Positions 1-10,578 of a DNA stretch of 64,000 nt are shown here, in pieces. This DNA comes from Carpediemonas membranifera BICM (taxonomy: Eukaryota > Protista > Fornicata), in the NCBI GenBank assembly GCA_019828565.1, contig JAHDYR010000006.1, positions 124,001 through 188,000 of the forward strand, in the 5' to 3' direction. Made by a program: the position numbers and the translations under genes. Below the pieces are notes generated by a model. It saw only the letters and a program-made list of their open reading frames with translations. It searched no databases and was not told where the DNA came from. The first letter of the stretch is position 1; each line of letters opens with the position of its first letter.

Positions 1-438
1 GTCATCGTGACGGATCCGCAGGTCATGAGCATGGAATATAGCCGTAAGAAGCAGGTATCGACACTCATGGTCCAGGAGATGCGGGCCCTCCTCTCTCCCC
101 GTGATTCTCTAGCCACGGAGTCCCGCAAGGCGCAGGTGGAAGGCTTTGCCGAGTCCTACCTTTCACCCGAAGAGAGGGAGAAGTGCGACGACGTCATAGC
201 TGACCTAGATATGACCAAATACCTGCCACAGGAAGAGATTGATGCTGCCAAGAAACGGTCCAAACGCAGAGGAACCTTGGGCCGCTATCAGGTTATGTCG
301 ACACAAAGCCAGAAGCTGGACGTGAGCAGGTCGGCCGGCTCTTTCCCTACAATGAAGGGCGAGGAGACAGTGCGGTGGGACTACACGGCAGAGTACGAGC
401 AGGGGCTGGGCGAGGATGGGGTCAGGACTGTCAGGTGA
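1..438 (+). CDS. Hypothetical protein, 3' part (truncated by window edge)
   Basis: Open frame from the window start to TGA at 436-438; no recognisable motif. Confidence 0.6.
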   Translation, partial: VIVTDPQVMSMEYSRKKQVSTLMVQEMRALLSPRDSLATESRKAQVEGFAESYLSPEEREKCDDVIADLDMTKYLPQEEIDAAKKRSKRRGTLGRYQVMSTQSQKLDVSRSAGSFPTMKGEETVRWDYTAEYEQGLGEDGVRTVR

Positions 439-876
439 CGGCCAGGCGGCTGAGTGTGGCGTGTTGGTAGTGTGGGTGGTGTTCTCTTATTCTTACTGCT
501 GAGGGTTGACTGGGTTTGACTTGTCGGTCGAGATTGTGACGGCTGTACAGTTGCTCTGTAAGTGCTCTCGCAAATCAATTTAAACAATCTTTCTCTAGCC
601 TCACAAGTCTCTTTACCAGTCAACTATGTCTCTGAGAACCGAATCTTCCGGTCTTGGTCAACGCTTGTCACCTGTGCCGCGGGGCAAACACACGGGAACC
701 ACAAGGCGGTAGCGGCCCAGTCGCGGCGGGTCTATTGCTACCCTAGAATAGCACTGGACGCCTTCATATCTCACGATAAAATACCGCAGATCGTCTGTAT
801 TTAGCGGGCGAGATTCGCGGCTGAGATTACTGTATCCAGATCTGGTTAGACACAAGTCCCTCAACAAGGCAAGACA

Positions 877-1998
877 ATGACGAGTCTCATGACGCAGGAG
901 CTTCACAACCTCCTTTCAAAGATCGGAACGTACCGACAGATGGACGTGGTCTCTGGGCAAATCCTCGAGTGTTTCCGCACATACAGCAACCTCAAGCCCA
1001 TTCTCGGGGTTATTCCTGCTCAATCAAGCCACTGCGTAGTTCTCCGCGGCACTGTGCCCATGTACTACCGCAACAACAAGTACAATATCCCCGTCGGCAT
1101 GTGGATCCCGACCACATTCCCCTCTTCCCCCCCGATCCCATATGTCCTCCCCACAGGAGACATGTTCATCCGCCCCAACCACCCCCAGGTCGATAAGTAC
1201 GGCAAGGTCACGCTGGACTACATCCACCCACGCAACTGGCGGCCAGGCCAGTCGACTCTGCTCGAGTCGGTCAATCAGCTGTGCATCGAGTTCGGGAAGA
1301 ACCCCCCGGTGAGCTCTGGCCCTTCTCCGAGCTCTGGTTCAGCCCAGCATCATCGCCCCCCGCCCCCGCAGCAGCAGCAGCCAGTATTCCAGCGGCCTGG
1401 GCAGTACCCCGCAGGCCAGTACCAGCATAAGCCGCAGCCCCAGCAGGAGAGAATGATGCTCCTCTCCCAGCTGAGCCAGAAGATGTTCAACGACCTCTCT
1501 GTTAAGCGCTCAGACCTTGTTCGCCACGGTAACACCGTCAGCAAGGAGATTGACAGCAGATGCGGCGAGGTCCAGCAGAAGCAGAGCATGGCTGGCAATA
1601 TGGCACGGGACCACAGCCAGCTGGAGACCTCGATCGGCCGCATGAAGCTTGCTATCGCAGACATTGACCGGCAGATTGCCTCCCTCGAAGCCTCCGCTGG
1701 TCCGGTCGACCCACACCAGAGAAACGCACTGGACGAAGCAACCGACCCCGATAACGCATCCCGCCGCCAGGTATCTCGTCTGACGGCAGAGAACCAGGCG
1801 CTCGAGGACGCCATGTACAAGATTTACGTGGCAATGTGTGACGATGAAGTCGAGCCGATCGACGGCTTGAAGTACATAAGAAAGCTCGCCAAGGAGCAGT
1901 TTTACGACAGGGCGCTGCTGTGGAAGATCGAGAAGACCCGCATGATGATGGCCAGGCGGGGCCAACCCCAGCAACCCCCGAGGCAGGCCGTGCAATGA
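877..1998 (+). CDS. TSG101: ESCRT-I subunit TSG101/Vps23
   Basis: UEV domain (LRGTVPMYYRNNKYNIPVGMWIPTTFPSSPPIPYVLPT, no catalytic Cys), Pro/Gln-rich linker, coiled coil and C-terminal steadiness box (AENQALEDAMY...YIRKLAKEQF). Confidence 0.93.
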   Translation: MTSLMTQELHNLLSKIGTYRQMDVVSGQILECFRTYSNLKPILGVIPAQSSHCVVLRGTVPMYYRNNKYNIPVGMWIPTTFPSSPPIPYVLPTGDMFIRPNHPQVDKYGKVTLDYIHPRNWRPGQSTLLESVNQLCIEFGKNPPVSSGPSPSSGSAQHHRPPPPQQQQPVFQRPGQYPAGQYQHKPQPQQERMMLLSQLSQKMFNDLSVKRSDLVRHGNTVSKEIDSRCGEVQQKQSMAGNMARDHSQLETSIGRMKLAIADIDRQIASLEASAGPVDPHQRNALDEATDPDNASRRQVSRLTAENQALEDAMYKIYVAMCDDEVEPIDGLKYIRKLAKEQFYDRALLWKIEKTRMMMARRGQPQQPPRQAVQ

Positions 1999-2106
1999 GC
2001 GTAGGGCCGTGCGGAAACAGCTGGAATTTGTAAAATGCGATTTCTGACCGATAATATCGGGGCATGAGGCGGTGGTGTCAGTCTACTGGATTATCCTTTC
2101 ATCCCC

Positions 2107-3519
2107 TCACCGCATGACCTTACCAGACCTCGTAAACATCAGATTCCTTGGGTCCACGGTCTCCTCCACCAGGGTCGTGTCCAGGCTCTCATCCAGCCCG
2201 CTCACACCCTCGCTGGCGTCTGACACCACCAGACTGTCGCCCCCAGAACCATCGCCCAGGCCTCGACCCACAGCTGGCCGCGTCCCAGCCCGTGTGCCCC
2301 CTGACCCCGCTGTGGCTGTGGGGACCGAGTGCATGGGACTGGCCATGATCGAGTCATCTTCTAAAACTGCCCATGACTCCTCGACCGACTGAGTGGTTGT
2401 GTCGCGTGGAACTGCCTGGACAGAGAGGGCGCGGGTCTCGGCCTCGTCAGTCTGTACCTCTACCCGTCGGGTTGTCACGGCGTCGGTCTGTGCACCTTGC
2501 TCTCGGTTGAGCCAGCCCATGTGTGACCCGCTCGCTTGTACGCCGACGTCCACTGGCGTTGTGTTCGTCCTGGCCCGGGTCTGTTGGAGTGACTGTGCCG
2601 TCTCAGCATATTTGGACTCGGTCATGGATTTGATTCGTTCAATTTCAGTCTGAAGGTCTTGTTCTATCTTATAACTCTCGTCGAGCTGACTGGCCACGCC
2701 GCGGAGCTTGGCCTGCTTCTGCTTGATGATACCCCGGAACACCTCCGCTTTCTTCGCCCTCTTTTCTCTCGCCTCGCTCATCTGTCTCGCCAGCAGCGCC
2801 TTCCTTGCCTCCAGATCAGCGGCGTAGTGTGCCCACACGATATTCAACACCCGCTCGGCCACCCTGGCCACAACAGGGTCGACCCCAGCCCTCTCCAGCG
2901 CCTCTATGTCCGGGGTTGAATCCAGTGTAATCCCAGTGAAGTCGATGACTGGGTTTTGCGGCGGCGTGTAGACCGCGGCTTGGAGTGGGGGGTGAGACGG
3001 GGGCAGGCGCCGCTTGGGGGTCTGGAGGGTGTCTATGACTGGACTATTGGATGACTGGAGCCAGACAGACACGGGCGAGGGTGAGACGCGTGGCCCGGTG
3101 CGAGTGGGGGCGGGGGAGGGGTCAGATGTGGCCATCAGTCGGGTATGGGAAGCTACTGGCGTCTCGCGAGTTTCTTTGGTTGTAGCTACTGGATTATTGC
3201 AAACGATGGAAGCTGCTTGGGGCTCTTGCTTGAGCGGAACATGCACCGTGCGCATTTTCTTCGTTTCGAGGAGGGAATCGTCTACATGCGGCGTTGGAGG
3301 CGACTCGTCAGGGATTGGCGGCAGCTTTTCTGGAGATGGTGAGTCTGTTTGCATGAAAGAGTTCGTAGTCTTCGCACCACGCTGCATTCGCCGAAGTTCT
3401 TCGAGAATCGACGCAGTCCTCAGAGGACGGCGAATAGACGCCATAAAGGCATCCTGATCAGTTGTATGTATCGCTTTGGCATCAGGTGGACGCATTGCAC
3501 CGCTTTTGACAGAAGGCAT
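2107..3519 (-). CDS. Hypothetical coiled-coil/disordered protein
   Basis: Long ORF (about 470 aa from ATG 3519) with a central coiled coil and Q-T-D/E-like repeats. Confidence 0.65.
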   Translation of the reverse strand: MPSVKSGAMRPPDAKAIHTTDQDAFMASIRRPLRTASILEELRRMQRGAKTTNSFMQTDSPSPEKLPPIPDESPPTPHVDDSLLETKKMRTVHVPLKQEPQAASIVCNNPVATTKETRETPVASHTRLMATSDPSPAPTRTGPRVSPSPVSVWLQSSNSPVIDTLQTPKRRLPPSHPPLQAAVYTPPQNPVIDFTGITLDSTPDIEALERAGVDPVVARVAERVLNIVWAHYAADLEARKALLARQMSEAREKRAKKAEVFRGIIKQKQAKLRGVASQLDESYKIEQDLQTEIERIKSMTESKYAETAQSLQQTRARTNTTPVDVGVQASGSHMGWLNREQGAQTDAVTTRRVEVQTDEAETRALSVQAVPRDTTTQSVEESWAVLEDDSIMASPMHSVPTATAGSGGTRAGTRPAVGRGLGDGSGGDSLVVSDASEGVSGLDESLDTTLVEETVDPRNLMFTRSGKVMR

Positions 3520-3704
3520 TCGGCGCTCTTGTCCGCGCACACATTCATAACCTGCGAAAAGTGACGCAACGGAGAGGCAGTCAACCTCAGGCACAGAGTG
3601 CAACACCAGGCCTCACCATACTCATCAATCCGCCGTTTTGGGCATTGTGCATAAACTGCACCAACAACAGCCCTGTTACCAGTCCATCACCACTGCGGCC
3701 TCAA

Positions 3705-5243
3705 ATGTCCGACCGAGCGTTAACTACACGTGCAATTTTCCGAAAAATCATACAAATCGTCTTATCAGCGCGCATTGATGCTGAGTTCCTACTCCCCGGA
3801 GCCACGCCTGCCGCAGACCTCTTCTCTCTTTCCCTACCATCAAGCGAGCTTATTAATCGCACGTTAGACGATATATTCGGTACATCTGCCGTCTCTCCCA
3901 CTGCGCTGTGCATCGACATTCTCACTGTTCCTCCTTCGCGAGCACCATGCCGTCCCCACTTCCTGCCAGGCACAGACTCGGACCAGGCCACCCTGCTTGA
4001 GCGTTGGACGTTCATCCGGCCCACTACCTCCACTATAGTACGGAGTCAGGACCGAGCAGCTGTTGCCTCGTTCTGTCGGCACCTCTACTCCCGTCTGAGA
4101 ATACTCCCGACCAGTTCGTTGGGATCTATAGCGACGCAGGTCGAGTCTACACTCGAGAACGCCGAGTTTGTTCGCATGCCCGTCCTCTTCGCGATTTCTC
4201 TCTCGCAGAAGTCCCCATCGATGATGTCTTTTGCAGCAAAGTCTTCCAGACTCACTATGTCGTCCCCGGCTGGCATGAAAGCAGAACTGCAGTTCCTTGC
4301 ACGGCCTGACGTTGAAGACGTAGTGAGAGAATCGATCCTTGCTTCCCAGAGTGGGTCAGGCCGTCCTGCTCAAAGATCTGCTGAAGACTTGCTTGATTTT
4401 GCAAACTCAAGCTCGAGTCGGCCTCACACAGTCATCGCCGACTTCTACTCTCCCCCGATCGAGAGCGTAATGATGGCACCAATTGTCGCGGGTCAGACTG
4501 ATAATGTTTTCCAGAGTGTACCGCGTGCTGAGCTCTCCGGCCTGTCCATGTCATCCGCAGCGGTCGACCAGATGTGGAATATCCCAGATACGTTTCCCCC
4601 GAACATGATGGCCGGCATCCGCCCCAAGGCCCCCCCCACGACAACACTGATGCCCCCGCCTATGTATGACCGTGAAGCGGCCTCACCGGGCGGCACTCAG
4701 CCCCATGCCACTTCTCTGGACGAGGAGATGGCCAGTATTCTGAAGACTCTGGTGATTGGGGACGAGCACGATCCGTTCAAACTGCCCGAGCTCGGTCCGA
4801 TCGCCCAGGATGAGAACTTGGCGCCGCTGATGAACTTTAACCTCACGAATAGGTACATGCCCCCGGACGTGGGTCGAAATAAGCTCAGGTCGCTCCCGAC
4901 AGCCCCGTTCACCGTGCCTGAGTATAGAACACCGCAGGATAAGAGCATCGATGACCTCGAGGGTGTGGGAGCCGCACTGCTCGCCCTGGAGTGCGCTAAA
5001 CGGGCTTTGGGCGTGCCTGCGTCGGCGAATGACATCCGCGTGACTCCAATGACTGTGGAACGAGATATTAATAGAGATTTACTCGCTGACCGCAATTCCG
5101 TGACAATATTCCCTGAAGACGAGGACTCGACCGACTTTGTGCTCCCCCCGGAGACACGGGACAACATCGAGGGCGTCTACTCCGACTACCGGGGTCGGGT
5201 TGGGCAATACAAGGACCTCGTCAAGTTCCTAGCAAATGGGTGA
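3705..5243 (+). CDS. ATG13: Atg13-like protein (N-terminal HORMA domain plus disordered tail)
   Basis: KIIQIVLSAR...DLFSLSL...LCIDIL...LLERW...FCRHLYSRLRILP follows the Atg13 HORMA motif order; low-complexity Ser/Pro C-terminus. Confidence 0.7.
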   Translation: MSDRALTTRAIFRKIIQIVLSARIDAEFLLPGATPAADLFSLSLPSSELINRTLDDIFGTSAVSPTALCIDILTVPPSRAPCRPHFLPGTDSDQATLLERWTFIRPTTSTIVRSQDRAAVASFCRHLYSRLRILPTSSLGSIATQVESTLENAEFVRMPVLFAISLSQKSPSMMSFAAKSSRLTMSSPAGMKAELQFLARPDVEDVVRESILASQSGSGRPAQRSAEDLLDFANSSSSRPHTVIADFYSPPIESVMMAPIVAGQTDNVFQSVPRAELSGLSMSSAAVDQMWNIPDTFPPNMMAGIRPKAPPTTTLMPPPMYDREAASPGGTQPHATSLDEEMASILKTLVIGDEHDPFKLPELGPIAQDENLAPLMNFNLTNRYMPPDVGRNKLRSLPTAPFTVPEYRTPQDKSIDDLEGVGAALLALECAKRALGVPASANDIRVTPMTVERDINRDLLADRNSVTIFPEDEDSTDFVLPPETRDNIEGVYSDYRGRVGQYKDLVKFLANG

Positions 5244-5537
5244 GGGGTGGTCGTAAATTATAGTGGTTTATGGCTCTCTTTGGGTTATGGATCAATTATC
5301 AGTTATGTGGCTTTTTAAGCAAAGCTGGACTGCCGCTGACGGATTTGTTGGTAGAATAATCGTTGGATATCAGTTTGCGACACGATAATCCAATAATCCT
5401 TGGATGGTGACCAGTAAGGGCTATACGAAGATCGTATTCGAGGCCCTACCAGCACTTGTGGTGTCAAGATGGGGGTCAATCAAATTCATTTTTGATCGAA
5501 TCGAACACCAACAACTCCTAACACCACACTGCCAGCC

Positions 5538-6323
5538 ATGGACGCGGAGAAATGGATGGCAAGTTACAAAACAACACGAGAGCTCTCAGAAAAGCTAGTA
5601 GACCTCGTTAGACAGAAGACAGCGGCGGAGAACGAGCAAGTCGCCTCCCAATTCCGCCTCAAGCTCAGAACACAGTCAAAATCGCTCGATCCACAGATCA
5701 AAGTGCTCAATGCGGACCTCCAGAAGATGCGTAGGAACCCTGTAGTATACCGCCTGACCCGCGCGGATATCCAGGAGCGGATGAAGCTCATGGACATCCT
5801 CAAGAAGCAGCAAGAGCTCATTGCCGTAGGAATCAACCCCACGCGCCAGAAGCCGACGCATTCCCAGAATACGAACCCTCTCTTCGAGTACAAGGAGACT
5901 TCGACGACCCAGGGGGCGAACAACATGGAGCTCATGGAGATCCAGCGGGAGATCATGGAGGTCAAGCACGGGGCCAAGCTCGATCAGATCAGCCAGCACA
6001 TGACTGATCTGAAGGAGATCGGAGTGACAATCGGGGATGAGCTCGACGAGGGTGACGAAATCATAGACACGCTCGACTCAAACATGACTGCGACCACAAA
6101 TAGACTCAAAGCGGCGGCCCGGCGGGTGGAGAAGACGAGGAAGAAGGTCCGTATCGGGTGGAAGATGCTCTGTCTCAACACGTGCGCCTTTGTACTCATG
6201 CTCGTCCTGGCCGTCACCGTGTTCATCCCGAACGACGGCATACTGAACGAGCACGAGGCGTCAGACGTGCCCGCTGCTGCGACGTCTCTTCTTCAGCTCA
6301 TGCCTTCATTAAATTTAGATTAG
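5538..6323 (+). CDS. Qc-SNARE, syntaxin-8/SYP5/syntaxin-6-like
   Basis: N-terminal helical bundle, SNARE motif (LDQISQHMTDLKEIGVTIGDELDE...LDSNM) and C-terminal TM helix. Confidence 0.82.
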   Translation: MDAEKWMASYKTTRELSEKLVDLVRQKTAAENEQVASQFRLKLRTQSKSLDPQIKVLNADLQKMRRNPVVYRLTRADIQERMKLMDILKKQQELIAVGINPTRQKPTHSQNTNPLFEYKETSTTQGANNMELMEIQREIMEVKHGAKLDQISQHMTDLKEIGVTIGDELDEGDEIIDTLDSNMTATTNRLKAAARRVEKTRKKVRIGWKMLCLNTCAFVLMLVLAVTVFIPNDGILNEHEASDVPAAATSLLQLMPSLNLD

Positions 6324-6555
6324 ACGACCACAAGAGATGGACGGTGTGGTATTTATATCGAGCGTTGCCCAACCTTGAGCTCAGACGCCAGTCTCAGGGG
6401 CAATGGGGGTCACGCTGCGGTAATAGTAGTTCATGTACAATGCGAGCAGTGGTGGCAGACTCGCGAGAGCTGGTGCATCAGCGATATGCTGGCCAGGATG
6501 ATGGGGATGCGGGCAGACACTTATAAGCTGACGAATATGCGAACTCTGTAGGCGA

Positions 6556-7683
6556 CCAGGCGCATATGGCGAAGGAGGCAGACATGACGCGTGGTCTTTC
6601 GGTTCGTCATCGCATGAGGCTTGACCGGCACAGTCATTGGAGGACGTGCACGTTGGAGTGAATAAGCGAGTACAAGGCTGGTTGGACATCGCAATGGTCC
6701 AAGTCAGTCTCGGGTGACCGACTGTCGCGAGTCGTTCTCAATGACGATGGATGCTCATGAGGCTCTTCAGCAGCTGGACGCCCACATCGCCTTGATTGAT
6801 GCCGATATAGCTCAGCTGAACGGCATGATGCTTATCGACGAGGACATCGATGCCCGTATCGTGAGCCTGGACAGAACACGCGCTCGTCTCGCTGCAATGC
6901 GCTCTTCAGAGCCCAAGAGCGGCAGGGACATCCAACGCGATGCAATGATTGGCTTGCATTCCGTCATTTCGCGCGACTATGTCGATTTGCCAGGCGATAT
7001 TCTCACCCCCATGCGAGAGGCCTTCACCCACGAGTTCGGCGAGGAGCTTCCGGACGAAGACGCCAAACCCGAGCCAGTCACGACCAATAAGGTGGCCAGC
7101 GCGCTCATGGCCCTCGACCTCCACCATCGCAGCGCCATCTGCTTTGTCAATAGGATTGTCGCGTTTCTTTATCACGGCCGCCAGCTGTCCATGAACGTCG
7201 AGCTCGCGGATGGCGAGGACCTCCCGGTCGCCCTGCACACGCTGAACCAGGGCGCGGTGTGGGCGTGTCTGGTGGGCGGCGGGGCCAACCCCGACCTCTG
7301 GGACAGGGTGCAGAAGAAGGCTCTGTCCGATGGAAAGAAGCAGTCACATATTCGTAGAAAGTTGCGTGCCGAGATGCATAACAAGATCTGCAAGGATCTC
7401 ATCCCCAAGGGCCTCGCCCCAACAGCCAAGTACCTCTGGTTCCTCTGCCGCAAATTCTTCTTCTCGCTGAACGTCGCCGAGAAGGACGGCGAGAGCTATC
7501 AGTACACAGTGTACGACAGATGCTACCACCACCGCATGTACATGGGCCGACTCTTCATGCTCGACACGATGCACCGCACCGCCCTCACCAGGGCTAGGAT
7601 GCCCAGGGCCCTCGAGGTCTACAGCCACGAGATCACACACATCGCCAGGACACCCAAGGGCCTGTGGGGCTGGGGACAGAACG
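6556..7683 (+). repeat. Dispersed duplicated segment, copy 1 (near-identical to 40491-41614)
   Basis: Direct comparison: same sequence from ccaggcgcatatggcgaagg to ctggggacagaacg with a few substitutions and a 4-nt indel. Confidence 0.95.
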
Positions 7684-8503
7684 CATACTATCAGCTGGGG
7701 TTCAAGTCATCTGGGTTCGTCGACCCGACCCGCCTCACCTTCCCCGCCTGTCCCAAGGTCGCCGAGCTCGAGGCCAGCCTGCCCCCTGGGAGAAGCACAG
7801 GATGGTGATTGATGTGTCAATGGAGTTTGACCAGACTTTTATCCTCACCCCAGTCGGTACTGTCATGGCTGGTGCGGATTCAACGCGGTATGTCGGCCCA
7901 GTCGAGTAGGAGAGCTGGTACCACTTCCACCCAGTCGCCGTGCCGCCTGGCTTTGTCCCAGATCACATTACATGAAGGGGGACTTCCATTCTCTCATTGG
8001 CCGATCGGCAGGTGATCGGCGGGAGAATTGGGCACCAGAATTAACCGACTGGCTTTAGCAACCTGACCTTCAGGGTCGACCAGATCATGCATGCTAATCT
8101 TTTTACCATATTCGTCTGTGGCCGCCAGCTGCTGTTCGCAGGTAAGGTTCACAAGCAATTGGCCCAGTCCGGCCTGCTGCCTGGATTCAATACGGGTAGC
8201 TACTGCCTCAAACCCGCTCCCCTCCGGTTCCCAGAGAGGATCAAGGGGTTGTTCGCATCCAACGATAACCTGATCTGGGTCACTGAGGACCAGACCCGGC
8301 TTGTTTCAGAGATGTATGGTGAACCGACTGTCATCCTCTTCGAGGTGAGTGCTTTCACCGGTATCTTCTTCCGTGACTCCTCTGGGCAGTGGTTTGGCGT
8401 GTCGCGTGTCTCGGGTGGGGTGGCTGTGATGAAGATGTGCAAGACGCCCAAGACTAGAGCAATCGCGATCCCCTCTGTGAACGTCGACCCGACGACCGAC
8501 TGA
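6741..8503 (+). pseudogene. RCC1/BLIP-II-like repeat family gene, disrupted (copy 1)
   Basis: GLWGWGQNAYYQLG RCC1-like motif; frameshift near 7785 (one C fewer than copy 2), in-frame TAG at 7907, remainder in ORF 8087-8503. Confidence 0.72.
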
Positions 8504-8775
8504 CGCGTGGAACTTGTGATCGCTTGTTGCTGTACCCTCTATAGTCTAAACGGCAATAGGCGATCATTATAAAGGTAGAAAAAAAAATTGAGGTCCTGCT
8601 TTCCATGCTTGACTGCGTCTGGCTTGCGCTTGAAAGATTTCCCACCTGGCCATTGGCGCAGGTGCCCTCCTTCTGGTTGTGAATCCCCATGGCCGATTCG
8701 TTAGAGCTCGATACGGGAGCCGGCGGACAGTTGGTACCGGGGTACGGCAACACTGACTAATAATTAAACTGCACA

Positions 8776-10422
8776 TCATATGAGGGACCCCATGGCGGCC
8801 TCAATGCCCCGGACCTGCTCCTGGAGGCCCTCCAGCTGGGCCTTGTACTGGCTGGTCTCCTCCTCGGCCTCCTCCGCGCGCTTCTGCCACGCCGCCGCAG
8901 CCGTCTCCGCCTCTTCTGCCGCGGCAGCCTTGGCCCGAGTCAGCGCGGTCTCCAGCTCGCCGACCCTGGCGTGCAGGTCGGCGTTCTCCCGTTCGTAGTC
9001 CCGCCGCAGCGCCTGCAGCCGGGCCTTGTGCTCGGCCTCGGCATCATTCATTGCCTCGGCCCTGTCGTTGAGCTGGGTCTTGGCGTCCCTCAGCATCCGT
9101 CTGTGGCTCTCAAGCTCTGTCTGCAGGGCCGCGTACTGGAGCTCTGTCTCCTCCGCCTGCTGCTGCTTCATCTTTAGCCCCAGTCGGTCCTTGCGGAGGG
9201 CCTCACGCTCGGCCTCCCGGTCGGCTTCCAACGTCTCCAAGGCCGAGACATACCGCGCCTTCTCCGCCTTGAGAGCCTGTCTGGCGCTCCTTGCCTCCAG
9301 CGCGGCGTCGTCCCGGAGCTGCTTTTCCTCGGCCTTCCACCGCTCAACCAGGGGACGCACTGCTGACGCCAGCCAGGTGTCCCGCTGGGACTCAATCTGG
9401 GCGATTGCCTCCTCCTCGACGACACTGACCTTGGCCTCGAGCTGTTTGACAAGCTCTGCCCGGTAGTCAGCAGATTCTTTGGCATATCCGGATCTTATAT
9501 CATTCAAAGCTGATCTTAGATTCGACCGCTCCTTCTCGAGAGCATCAACGAACCTCTCCTGTGTCGCTAGCTGCGTCCTCTCGTGTGCGGCCTTCTCCCC
9601 CTCGACCATTGTGTCGTAACGTTCTTTCTCCTCATCCAGGGCTCTCCTGTGGGACTCCCTGAGGATCTCCAGGTCAGCCTCGTGTCTTGCCCTCAGCTTC
9701 TTGACGTACTCGTCGTGCTGGGCGGCCTTAGCCTGCAACTCCCCGGCCATGCGCCGGTACTCTGCCTCGACCGCCCTCTGTCTGGTCATGTCGCCCTCCC
9801 TGTGGACATTGACGAGCATGCTGCTCTGCTGCTGAGCCATCGACGCCCGCAGCTCCTCGAGCTCCTGCTGGTGTCTCGCCTCGAGCTCGGAAACAGCCTT
9901 GCGGTGCTTCTGCTTCTCCTCGTCAATAGCAGCTGCCATGAATGGCTGCATTTTCTTCGTGGCATCCTCCTGGTACCTCAACCGCAGCTCCTTGGTCTCC
10001 AGCCGCAGCTTCGCCCGCTCTCCCTGGATCCGCTGCTTCACGGAGTTCAGAATAACCTCCTCCTGCCGCTTCTGCATGTCCTGGTACTTCGCTTTGAGCG
10101 TATTGAAGGCGGACGTTGCCTCGTAGTTCTCGGCCTTGATGCTCTCGAGCTGAGTGAGACAGCGCTCAAGAGTGCTCTTCATTTGGCCGATCTTCTCGTC
10201 ATATTGCGCACATTCTGCGGCATGCGCCTCGTCTTTTTCGCGGATCAGCTGTGCATGCTCCTCCTCCTGCACTCTTCGGTCTGTATTCGCGGCGATCTTC
10301 CGGTCCATGAGCTCCTGCTTCAGTCGTTGGATCTCAGTCTCCCTTTCTATGATTTTGAGCTTCAGCGAGTCCAATTCATGCCTCAGACGATCCGCAAAAT
10401 GCAGGATGCCATCACTCGCCAT
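8776..10422 (-). CDS. Long coiled-coil protein, possibly CEP131/AZI1-like centrosomal protein
   Basis: About 550 aa, nearly continuous E/K/R/Q/A heptads; family call rests on weak resemblance only. Confidence 0.6.
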   Translation of the reverse strand: MASDGILHFADRLRHELDSLKLKIIERETEIQRLKQELMDRKIAANTDRRVQEEEHAQLIREKDEAHAAECAQYDEKIGQMKSTLERCLTQLESIKAENYEATSAFNTLKAKYQDMQKRQEEVILNSVKQRIQGERAKLRLETKELRLRYQEDATKKMQPFMAAAIDEEKQKHRKAVSELEARHQQELEELRASMAQQQSSMLVNVHREGDMTRQRAVEAEYRRMAGELQAKAAQHDEYVKKLRARHEADLEILRESHRRALDEEKERYDTMVEGEKAAHERTQLATQERFVDALEKERSNLRSALNDIRSGYAKESADYRAELVKQLEAKVSVVEEEAIAQIESQRDTWLASAVRPLVERWKAEEKQLRDDAALEARSARQALKAEKARYVSALETLEADREAEREALRKDRLGLKMKQQQAEETELQYAALQTELESHRRMLRDAKTQLNDRAEAMNDAEAEHKARLQALRRDYERENADLHARVGELETALTRAKAAAAEEAETAAAAWQKRAEEAEEETSQYKAQLEGLQEQVRGIEAAMGSLI

Positions 10423-10578
10423 TCCGTCAGGTGATGAAACTCGTTTACGCACGTTACATAAAGATCGGCGCATATACATGGGAGGGCACAGGCGTTGTGT
10501 TGGCCATAGAACAGACTCAGTGCCTATTTACCGTATTCAACGATGAAACAGCCGACCCAGTCGACCTGACACAGCCAC

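Noticed and set aside
9583-10434. Long antisense ORFs (also 17849-18724, 43133-44023, 47273-48196, 55787-56662)
   Set aside because: Shadows of GC-rich codon usage opposite real genes; no motifs.
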